A stretch of 56,363 nt of DNA from a virus (Duplodnaviria > Caudoviricetes), in IMG/VR virus record IMGVR_UViG_3300047373_000289, positions 1-56,363 of that record; one strand, written 5' to 3'. Positions 1 through 7,536 of the stretch are shown in pieces. Each line of letters starts with the position of its first letter. Positions within the stretch are counted from its first letter, which is position 1. The notes beneath the pieces are model-generated. The model was not told where the DNA came from, did no database searches, and saw nothing but the letters and a program-made list of their open reading frames with translations. Both the position numbers and the translations under genes were made by a program.

Positions 1-1
1 T

Positions 2-187
2 GGAGCAACCGCAGTGACGGACGCAGGCTTACAAACAGACGCGTTCGATTCGCTTGCATTAGGAAGCGGAACTGCATATTTTTTAAACGGTAACATACAA
101 GAGGTTATTATCTACGAAACCAACCAATCCGACTACCGCACCGCCATCGAGGACAACATCAACAACTTCTACAACATCTACTCATAG
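2..187 (+). CDS. 3' end of a LamG/concanavalin-like virion protein (5'-truncated)
   Basis: Open frame from nt 2 to TAG at 185-187: ...FLNGNIQEVIIYETNQSDYRTAIEDNINNFYNIYS, a typical C-terminus of phage LamG-like proteins. Not in the ORF track. Confidence 0.75.
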   Translation, partial: GATAVTDAGLQTDAFDSLALGSGTAYFLNGNIQEVIIYETNQSDYRTAIEDNINNFYNIYS

Positions 188-598
188 TGAGTTATAGAAA
201 CGCTGTACCGCTAGTCTACCTTTCTGCGATAACGCATATCTTACACGGTAGTTAAACTTGGTTTCGTCTCGGAATAAGTGATCCTCCAGGGTTTGAGACG
301 GTGTTAGCTTATCGAAGTGCTTATACAGATACCCCAAAGACACTAAAGGATATATCATCCTGTCAGCCAGGTTCTTCTTATTCATTCCATATTCTCCCGC
401 TACCCAGGATATAGTAAAGAACTCCAATTCGTAAACGAACAACATAAAGTATAGGTAGCTCTTTGTGATCTCGCTTCCGTCAACAAACTCTTCTGTAGCG
501 CTTTTAAGGTTTTTTAAATAGTTGTTTTTGACGAACCTAGAGGGCATCTTTGAAAAGTCCCTGAACATCCTTGTTTTCTTGATTTGAGACCTAGGCAT
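182..598 (-). CDS. putative winged-helix DNA-binding protein
   Basis: Track ORF 182..625, with the ATG at 598 preferred. IYPLVSLGYLYK...YALSQKGR resembles a MarR-like wing. Confidence 0.6.
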   Translation of the reverse strand: MPRSQIKKTRMFRDFSKMPSRFVKNNYLKNLKSATEEFVDGSEITKSYLYFMLFVYELEFFTISWVAGEYGMNKKNLADRMIYPLVSLGYLYKHFDKLTPSQTLEDHLFRDETKFNYRVRYALSQKGRLAVQRFYNSL

Positions 599-607
599 AT
601 TAATTCG

Positions 608-615
608 TATATTTG
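608..615 (+). promoter_or_regulatory. Bacteroidota -7 promoter element (TATATTTG)
   Basis: Matches TAnnTTTG and lies 20 nt upstream of the ATG at 635. Confidence 0.7.
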
Positions 616-622
616 ACTTAAA

Positions 623-630
623 CAAATTTA
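623..630 (-). promoter_or_regulatory. Bacteroidota -7 promoter element (TAAATTTG) for the leftward gene
   Basis: caaattta on + strand, upstream of the ATG at 598. Confidence 0.55.
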
Positions 631-634
631 CATC

Positions 635-931
635 ATGAACCCGAAAGACACCCTCTTCTTTGCCGAAATGTATTCCCTCGTCAAAAAGATGGAGGAAACG
701 ATCGAGGAGTTCGAAATGAAAGATCGCACCTTAGCCACTATAGTGGTGGGAGTTATAGACCTTGATGCTGTTGAGGTTGGTGACGAAAGCGCAGAAATGA
801 AAACCATGTACAGCTTTAACCTAGAGAGTAGGGAGGAACTGGAAACAGTTAAGCAAGTAATGGACAGCGCATATCAGGAAGACGACTCATTAGACGACCT
901 GCTTGGTGATTTGGGTATATCCCTAAACTAA
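635..931 (+). CDS. acidic hypothetical protein
   Basis: 98-aa ORF, first gene after the promoter. Confidence 0.8.
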   Translation: MNPKDTLFFAEMYSLVKKMEETIEEFEMKDRTLATIVVGVIDLDAVEVGDESAEMKTMYSFNLESREELETVKQVMDSAYQEDDSLDDLLGDLGISLN

Positions 932-932
932 A

Positions 933-1169
933 ATGGAAGGACTTATAAGAAAGATTGTGGTCGGACGAGACCCTAAAAACGGCATGGCTTATTATGTAGG
1001 TATGCGGGCTGGATCTGGGGAGGTATCAGCTATCGTTGAAGACGAAAGACAGCTGCACAAGTTTGGAAAACAGCGATACCTTATATATATTGAAAACGAC
1101 GAAGGCACTATGCTTTGGAAGGCTGTAGATGAAATGCCTTGTGTTCTTGAATTTGATTTAAATTTTTAA
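933..1169 (+). CDS. conserved phage hypothetical protein
   Basis: 78 aa with a LIRKIVVGRDPKNGMAYYVG motif, tightly packed upstream of GroES. Confidence 0.8.
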   Translation: MEGLIRKIVVGRDPKNGMAYYVGMRAGSGEVSAIVEDERQLHKFGKQRYLIYIENDEGTMLWKAVDEMPCVLEFDLNF

Positions 1170-1172
1170 TGA

Positions 1173-1757
1173 ATGAAGACTTTTAACTTATTTGTAGTCG
1201 AGTTAGAAAAGACTATAGACGACACCATCACAACGAGTGGCGGATTGGAATTATACGTAGATAATAGATTTAATGAATTTGAAAACAGAATTACAGAAGG
1301 CCCTGTCGTGGCTGTCCCGTTTAAGTACGACACTGGTGTCAAGCCTGGCGACACGCTTTACTTCCATCATCTCGTGGTTGTCAATGAAGGTCAGCCACTT
1401 ACTGGTGATGACAATCACTACCTTGTCAGATATGATGAAGATCATGCTATCAATAATCAAGCTATTGCTTTTAAAGACAGTAGTACTGGTAATGTCCACC
1501 CTCTTGCGGGTTGGAGTCTTCTTGAGGCTATTGAAGAAGAAGAAGTTCAAGAATCGAAGATTATCGAGGTTGTCAAGCTTAGCGAGAAGCTACCAACAAG
1601 AGGTAGGGTCGCGTTTTCGTCTTCTGGGATTGAAGAGGTAGGTCTTTCCGTGGGGGATGTGGTTGGATTTAAAGAAAATCGAGACTACAGAATCACCATT
1701 GATGGAAAGGAATATTATAGAACCAGGGTTGAAGACCTGCTTTACAAAGAAGTTTAA
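1173..1757 (+). CDS. groES: GroES-like co-chaperonin with two tandem GroES-like halves
   Basis: TTSGGLEL...GPVVAVP...VKPGDTLYF and RGRVAF...LSVGDVVGF...IDGKEYY. Confidence 0.7.
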   Translation: MKTFNLFVVELEKTIDDTITTSGGLELYVDNRFNEFENRITEGPVVAVPFKYDTGVKPGDTLYFHHLVVVNEGQPLTGDDNHYLVRYDEDHAINNQAIAFKDSSTGNVHPLAGWSLLEAIEEEEVQESKIIEVVKLSEKLPTRGRVAFSSSGIEEVGLSVGDVVGFKENRDYRITIDGKEYYRTRVEDLLYKEV

Positions 1758-2044
1758 TGGCTAGTAAATTTACTACCGTTAGCGCCGCTAGAAGGCTCAT
1801 GCAGAGCATGGAGATAGCGATCAACAACATGATAGAAGAAGTCAAGAAGCCAGTGGACCCCGAAGCGGGGGGGTCTGCGCGAAAGGCCGAGCTCCAATCC
1901 ATAAAGCAAACTGCTATTGACTGTAAAGAGCTTTTGGTGGAGCGCCAGAGGCTAGAACAAATGGTTAAAGAACTAAACGACAATGGAGAAATCGAAAAAG
2001 ACAAAGACTACTCAGGAGGATTCGCAGAAAGGTTCTCCAAGTAG
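1757..2044 (+). CDS. putative terminase small subunit
   Basis: Helical 95-aa ORF upstream of TerL, ending GGFAERFSK. Function inferred from position. Confidence 0.5.
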   Translation: MASKFTTVSAARRLMQSMEIAINNMIEEVKKPVDPEAGGSARKAELQSIKQTAIDCKELLVERQRLEQMVKELNDNGEIEKDKDYSGGFAERFSK

Positions 2045-2135
2045 CGCGAGCGGACTTATATACTGGGACGACTATAACTTTGACAATCAGTCAGTTACAA
2101 CCGACCACATAAAGGTATACTTTAAGCTCTCTTAG
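1983..2135 (+). CDS. possible 50-aa hypothetical protein
   Basis: MEKSKKTKTTQEDSQKGSPSSASGLIYWDDYNFDNQSVTTDHIKVYFKLS*; overlaps the upstream ORF and 10 nt of the tRNA. Confidence 0.3.
   Translation: MEKSKKTKTTQEDSQKGSPSSASGLIYWDDYNFDNQSVTTDHIKVYFKLS
2075..2082 (+). promoter_or_regulatory. possible -7 element (TAACTTTG) for the tRNA pair
   Basis: TAnnTTTG match about 45 nt upstream of the first tRNA. Confidence 0.4.
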
Positions 2136-2199
2136 CTCAGTTGGTTAGAGCATCCGACTCATAATCGGCAGGTCCCAGGTTCAAGTCCTGGAGGGAGCA
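2126..2199 (+). tRNA. tRNA with CAT anticodon, most likely tRNA-Ile2 (lysidine, reads AUA)
   Basis: Acceptor GCTCTCT/AGGGAGC, D arm GCTC/GAGC, anticodon loop CT-CAT-AA, T arm CCAGG-TTCAAGT-CCTGG. The GACTCATAATC context resembles bacterial Ile2. No encoded CCA. Confidence 0.9.
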
Positions 2200-2202
2200 C
2201 AT

Positions 2203-2276
2203 GCACCAGTAGCTCAGTTGGATAGAGCATCTGCCTTCTAAGCAGACGGTCACAGGTTCGAATCCTGTCTGGTGTA
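2203..2276 (+). tRNA. tRNA-Arg(UCU)
   Basis: Acceptor GCACCAG/CTGGTGT, anticodon arm TCTGC-CT-TCT-AA-GCAGA, T arm ACAGG-TTCGAAT-CCTGT. Confidence 0.95.
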
Positions 2277-2294
2277 CGAATTAAATTAAACAAT

Positions 2295-2483
2295 ATGCCC
2301 GATCTAATTTGCGATAAGTGTAAAGCAGAAAAATCTGTAAGAAGCCTAACCATGAAGTTCCGAAATGGTAGTGTCTACTACCCTGAAGGACAGTGTGAGT
2401 GCGGTGAACAAATGGAGATTAAAAACCCTAAAGAAGGCGTACCTTCGCTGGGAAGGATGAACTCACACGGACAGAGTTATTGA
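2295..2483 (+). CDS. small zinc-ribbon protein
   Basis: CDKC...CECG; its stop overlaps the TerL start (TGATG). Confidence 0.7.
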   Translation: MPDLICDKCKAEKSVRSLTMKFRNGSVYYPEGQCECGEQMEIKNPKEGVPSLGRMNSHGQSY

Positions 2484-4597
2484 TGTCTAATTTAATCGAC
2501 ATAGAAGGTTATGAAGCTAAGGGGATTAAGATCGACCCTAACGGTACAGAAGGAGAAGCTATCGAGCTCCACGGGTTACTCGTGGTACTCCCAAAGAAAC
2601 CGAGTAAATCGGAAATTCTCTTCCATGACCAACCAAAGAGGTTGCAGCTGTGGAAACGCACACCTATGCCAGAGGAAATGCGTAGGATACGCAGTATGGA
2701 TGAGTGGCTCGAAAAACCTGCCGAGTTTCGGAACAAGTTTCGTTCTTACGTCGAACAAGAGTTTCAGCGTAGGCGCGACGGTGTATGGTTTTACAATAAT
2801 GGGGAACCTACGTATATTACAGGGAGACACTATATGTTTCTACAATGGTCTAAAATTGATATCGGATACCCATCATACCTTGCTTTCCAAAAAGACATCT
2901 TTACGCACATGGCTGCTTGTGAAGCTGACCCTCGTTGTTTCGGTCAGCTTTATACTAAGTGTCGTCGTTCTGGCTACACTAACATATGCTCTGCTGTCCT
3001 TGTGGATGAAGCTAGTCAAGTTAAAGAGAAGCTTCTTGGCATACAGTCGAAAACTGGTAAAGACTCGCAAGAAAACATTTTCATGAAAAAGGTGGTTGCG
3101 ATCTTTCGCGGCTACCCATTCTTTTTCAAACCCATCCAGGACGGTACTACAAACCCCCGTATGGAGCTGGCATTCCGTGAGCCGTCCAAGCGTATAACCA
3201 AAAACAATAAAACATCCCATAGGGGTGACGCTCTTAATACGGTTATAAACTGGAAGAACACCACTAATAACGCTTATGACGGGGAGAAGCTCCACATGTT
3301 ATACCTTGACGAGGCTGGTAAATGGGAAAAACCAACCGACATTAGAGAAGCCTGGAGGATTGAGCGTACTTGTTTAATCGTAGGTCGCAAGGTGGTAGGT
3401 AAAGCGATCGTGGGTAGTACGGTAAACCCCATGAATAAAGGAGGTGAGGAATACAAGGGACTGTGGTATGATTCTGATCCTAACGAAAGAAATAATAACG
3501 ATAGGACAAAGACGGGTCTTTATAGAATATTTATCCCAGCCTATGATGCCCTAGAGGGTTTTTTTGATGTATATGGTAACTCCGTTGTAGAAGACCCACC
3601 CCAAGACGTACACATACACGGTATAGACGGGGACCTTATTGAAATTGGCAGTAAGACTTACCTCAAAAATGAACGCAAGTCCTTCAAAGACAACCCATCT
3701 GAATTAAACGAGGTTACTAGACAGTTTCCTTTTACTGAAGATGAAGCATTCAGAGATAGCATTGAGGGCAGTTTATTTAATATAGGAAAGATATACCAGC
3801 AGATAGAGCACAACGAGGAGCTGTATCCTAACCCTGTGGTTACAGGAAACTTTACCTGGAAGGAAAAAGACAAAGAGGTTGTTTTCTCCCCTACGCCTAA
3901 CGGTAGGTTTAGGGTTTCTTGGATGCCTGACCCCTCTGAAAGGAATATTTTGAAAACAGAAAGAGGTAAAAAAATAGCTCCGTTTGCTTCTTATGGCTGC
4001 GGCGGAGTTGACTCCTATGACTTGGATGCTACAGTAGATAATAGGGGATCTAAAGGAGCGCTACACATGTACAATAAGTTTAGTATGAACCGCCCCTCTA
4101 ATATGTTTGTTGTGGAGTATGCATCTAGACCAGACCTAGCGAGTATATTCTATGAGGACGTCCTTATGTGTGCGTTTTATTATGGGTATCCTTTACTTGT
4201 AGAGAACAATAAGTATGGTATCGTAAGGTACTTTGAGTCAAGAGGTTACGATGGATACCTAATGGATAGACCTAGGCATCTCATGAGTAGCTCTTCTCAT
4301 GTAAACGTAAAGACAAAAGGAATACCATCTAACTCCCAGGATGTGATACAGTCTCATGCTCAGTCTATAGAGAAGTATATTCATGATCACGTTGGTATAA
4401 ATCACGAAAGCGGAGAGACTGGCGCCATGTATTTCAACAAAACCCTTGAGGATTGGATTGGATTTAAAATAGACAAACGAACTAAGTTTGACTTGACCAT
4501 TAGCTCAGGGTTAGCTTTACTTGCGGCTCAGAAGGAGAAAGAAAAACCTAAATCTGACTTTAATGAAAAGGTGTTTTTTAGAAAATATAAGGTCTAA
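2483..4597 (+). CDS. terL: terminase large subunit
   Basis: Walker A-like KCRRSGYT, Walker B LYLDEAGKW, coupling motif VGST, nuclease motifs GGVDSYD, LVENN and FDLTIS. Confidence 0.95.
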   Translation: MSNLIDIEGYEAKGIKIDPNGTEGEAIELHGLLVVLPKKPSKSEILFHDQPKRLQLWKRTPMPEEMRRIRSMDEWLEKPAEFRNKFRSYVEQEFQRRRDGVWFYNNGEPTYITGRHYMFLQWSKIDIGYPSYLAFQKDIFTHMAACEADPRCFGQLYTKCRRSGYTNICSAVLVDEASQVKEKLLGIQSKTGKDSQENIFMKKVVAIFRGYPFFFKPIQDGTTNPRMELAFREPSKRITKNNKTSHRGDALNTVINWKNTTNNAYDGEKLHMLYLDEAGKWEKPTDIREAWRIERTCLIVGRKVVGKAIVGSTVNPMNKGGEEYKGLWYDSDPNERNNNDRTKTGLYRIFIPAYDALEGFFDVYGNSVVEDPPQDVHIHGIDGDLIEIGSKTYLKNERKSFKDNPSELNEVTRQFPFTEDEAFRDSIEGSLFNIGKIYQQIEHNEELYPNPVVTGNFTWKEKDKEVVFSPTPNGRFRVSWMPDPSERNILKTERGKKIAPFASYGCGGVDSYDLDATVDNRGSKGALHMYNKFSMNRPSNMFVVEYASRPDLASIFYEDVLMCAFYYGYPLLVENNKYGIVRYFESRGYDGYLMDRPRHLMSSSSHVNVKTKGIPSNSQDVIQSHAQSIEKYIHDHVGINHESGETGAMYFNKTLEDWIGFKIDKRTKFDLTISSGLALLAAQKEKEKPKSDFNEKVFFRKYKV

Positions 4598-4608
4598 CGA
4601 CGATTTGT

Positions 4609-4616
4609 TATATTTG
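4609..4616 (+). promoter_or_regulatory. -7 promoter element TATATTTG(CA)
   Basis: Intergenic, upstream of the portal gene. Confidence 0.75.
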
Positions 4617-4642
4617 CAGAATATGCATAATGCAAGTAAATT

Positions 4643-7087
4643 ATGAGCCTCGATAAAAATAGCAAGCATTCTTTCCCAAACCCTCTAGCGGACGCATCAA
4701 CTAAAGAAAGCATGTCTTATGGGTTGCAGTATGCAAAAGCTATTGAAAACCAGTGGGGCAAGATAAAAGAGTCTACATCCCTTTACGGTAGAAGAAACGC
4801 GATATTCGAAAGAAGCCGAGATTACGCTAACGGTACTCAAGACACCAATATATATAAGAAGCTTCTTCGTTCGCTTAATCCTAACGATGGAGACGGAAGC
4901 TTAATGAATATGGACTACACTCCTGTTCCTATTCTACCTAAGTTTGTTAGGGTTGTTGTAAACAAAATACTTTCTAAAGATCCTTACCCAAACTTAGAAG
5001 CTATTGACCCTCTTTCTTCTTCCGAAAAGAACAACAAGAAAAGAAGGATGGAGATTCAAGTTGAGGCAAAAAAACAATTGCAGCAACTTAAACAGCAGAC
5101 GGGTATGGTAATTGGTGAGGACCCAGATCAACTTCCAGACTCTCTGGAGGAGGCTGAGATCCTTTTAGGTACTAACGTCAAAACTGATGCAGAGATTGCC
5201 GCTCAGATAGGAACTAACATGACCCTTTCTTGGAACAACTTCAATGACGGGACTCTACGGAGATGCGTTAATGACCTCGTTGCTCTAGGTATGTGTGTGG
5301 TTAAAAGAACTAATGATCCTAACCACGGGATTAAGACTGATTACGTAGATCCTTCTACGTTTATTCACAGCCATACAGAGGACCCGTTTTTTGAAGATTT
5401 GATATATGCGGGTCATGTTAAGTCTATCTCCATTCAGGAGTTAAGAAGAATATCTGCTGGTGAGATTACAGAAGAGCAGTTAGAGGAGCTGGCTAAATCT
5501 GTTAAGGGTAAGTACGGTAACAACCCAAGTTCTTTTGGTAAAAACAGCTATAATAACCTGTCCCAAAGGACTGATTATGGTTATGACGAGTACATGGTAG
5601 ACGTTCTTGAATTCGAGTTTATCTCTGTTGACTGTATTTATTTTGAAGAGAAGGAAAATCGTTTTGGTAACGTAAACTTCTTTATGAAGGGATTTGAATA
5701 CTCCGAAAAACCAGGTAGTGTGTATGAAAGAAATCCAGTTAAAATGGATGTCGCTACCGTGTATGGGGGTATGTATGTCATGAACGGATCTAACATCGTA
5801 TTTAATTACGGAAGGTCTAAGAACGTACCAAAAAATATACACGATATATCATCTGTGAGGTTGTCTTACTCTCCAGTGGCTACCAACATTCGGGACATGA
5901 TGCCGAAGTCTATGGTAGAAAGCTGTACTGGATTTGCTGACATGCTTCAGTTGACTCACTTGAAGATTCAGCAGGCTATTGCTAAGGCAAAGCCAGACGG
6001 ATTGATCATTGATATCGAGGGATTGGAGAATGTACAACTGGGTAAAGGCGGAGACCTACAGCCTTTGGACTTGCATGATATCTACGAGCAGACTGGTGTA
6101 TTCTATTATAGAAGTAAAAACCCAGAGGGAGGATTTCAGAACCCTCCAGTAAGAGAGATAGGTAATAGTATTCGGAACATTAATGAGCTGATTGGTCTGT
6201 ACAATCATTATTTAAAAATGATTCGAGACGCTACAGGCGTTAACGAAATGATGGACGCCTCCACACCGAAGGGTGATACCTTGGTGGGTGTTCAGCAGAA
6301 TGCTATCGCAGCAGGTAATAATGCTATATACGATATCACTAATGCGTCTATGATTCTTTACAAAAAGGTTTGTGAAGATATAGTTAAGTGCTTGCAAATC
6401 ATACCAGAAGAGTCTGTTCTTCATGAGATATACAGTAATGCTATAGGCAAAGAAAACATGGCTGTTCTTTCTTCATTCAATGACCTCCCTATGTACAACT
6501 TCGGTGTACAGGTGGTGAAGGAAATGGAAGACAAAGACAAGGTATACTTAGAGCAAAATGTTCAAATGGCTATTCAACAAAAAGAGATAGACCTCGAAGA
6601 TGCGATTGCCATTAGAAACATGAAAGACGTTAACCAGGCTGAAAGGCTTTTGGTGGTAAGACGTAAGAAGCGTATGGCTCAGCAGCAACAAATGGCGGCT
6701 CAAAACTCACAGATGCAAGCTCAGCAAGCGCAGCAAGCCGCTCAAGCCGCTTCGCAGGCTAAGATACAAGAAATGCAAATGGAGGCTCAGCTAGAGGCTC
6801 AGCAAATGCAGCTTAAGACTCAGCTTGAAGGTCAGCTAGAGGAGGTGAGGCATCAGTTTAGGAAGGAAATCGAGATCATCAAAGCTCAGGCTACTCTTGG
6901 TTTTAAGACTGATGATCAAGAGTTTAAGGAAAAACTTGAAGTTTTAAAGGAAGACAGAAAGGACGATAGAGTAAAAAAGCAGGCTTCTGAGCAAAGCAAA
7001 TTGCTATCTCAGCGTCAAGGAAACAGGGGTGAACTCCCAGAGTCAGGGGATAGCGTAGACAATATTGTAAACTCATTATTAGGATAG
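4643..7087 (+). CDS. portal protein
   Basis: 814 aa directly after TerL; PVPILPKFVRVVV and IRDATGVNEMMD motifs; Q-rich coiled-coil C-terminal barrel. Confidence 0.9.
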   Translation: MSLDKNSKHSFPNPLADASTKESMSYGLQYAKAIENQWGKIKESTSLYGRRNAIFERSRDYANGTQDTNIYKKLLRSLNPNDGDGSLMNMDYTPVPILPKFVRVVVNKILSKDPYPNLEAIDPLSSSEKNNKKRRMEIQVEAKKQLQQLKQQTGMVIGEDPDQLPDSLEEAEILLGTNVKTDAEIAAQIGTNMTLSWNNFNDGTLRRCVNDLVALGMCVVKRTNDPNHGIKTDYVDPSTFIHSHTEDPFFEDLIYAGHVKSISIQELRRISAGEITEEQLEELAKSVKGKYGNNPSSFGKNSYNNLSQRTDYGYDEYMVDVLEFEFISVDCIYFEEKENRFGNVNFFMKGFEYSEKPGSVYERNPVKMDVATVYGGMYVMNGSNIVFNYGRSKNVPKNIHDISSVRLSYSPVATNIRDMMPKSMVESCTGFADMLQLTHLKIQQAIAKAKPDGLIIDIEGLENVQLGKGGDLQPLDLHDIYEQTGVFYYRSKNPEGGFQNPPVREIGNSIRNINELIGLYNHYLKMIRDATGVNEMMDASTPKGDTLVGVQQNAIAAGNNAIYDITNASMILYKKVCEDIVKCLQIIPEESVLHEIYSNAIGKENMAVLSSFNDLPMYNFGVQVVKEMEDKDKVYLEQNVQMAIQQKEIDLEDAIAIRNMKDVNQAERLLVVRRKKRMAQQQQMAAQNSQMQAQQAQQAAQAASQAKIQEMQMEAQLEAQQMQLKTQLEGQLEEVRHQFRKEIEIIKAQATLGFKTDDQEFKEKLEVLKEDRKDDRVKKQASEQSKLLSQRQGNRGELPESGDSVDNIVNSLLG

Positions 7088-7088
7088 C

Positions 7089-7535
7089 ATGGCAGGTAAA
7101 GTAAACTTAGATGTAGCTGAAAAGCTTGACATCACTTGTAGGAGAGGAGACACCTTCTCCATTAGCCTTACGTTAAATGATTCTAGTGGAACCGCTTTAG
7201 ATTTGACTGGATATGAGTTTTTAATGGACGTGAAAACTAATCCCGTTCGATCTCGAACAGGAGTTTCTGAAAGGGAAGTGATTGCTTCTAGCAGTCTTTC
7301 TTCTTCTACCTCGAATGCCAAGGCTTTAAGCGAAGAGCAAAAATCAAAGCTAAGCAATGGCTTTGTGTTTAGCGACGGCACTACTTTTGGTACTGTTACT
7401 GTTTCAGCTTCAGCGGATGTCATGAACGAACTTCCTGTTGGCTCCTTTACTTATGACATTCAGCAAAAAGTTAACGATGTAGTAACTACTATATTAAGGG
7501 GTTCGTTCGCTGTAAACGAAGACATTTCAAGATAA
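7089..7535 (+). CDS. fibre attachment protein (BppU N-terminal-like)
   Basis: RRGDTF...DLTGY...YDIQ...TILRGSF pattern; precedes the tail fibre. Confidence 0.6.
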   Translation: MAGKVNLDVAEKLDITCRRGDTFSISLTLNDSSGTALDLTGYEFLMDVKTNPVRSRTGVSEREVIASSSLSSSTSNAKALSEEQKSKLSNGFVFSDGTTFGTVTVSASADVMNELPVGSFTYDIQQKVNDVVTTILRGSFAVNEDISR

Positions 7536-7536
7536 C

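Noticed and set aside
2159-2353. 64-aa minus-strand ORF
   Set aside because: Antisense shadow of the two tRNA genes.
2511-3086. 191-aa alternative-frame ORF inside terL
   Set aside because: No motifs, and it is fully nested in a conserved gene.
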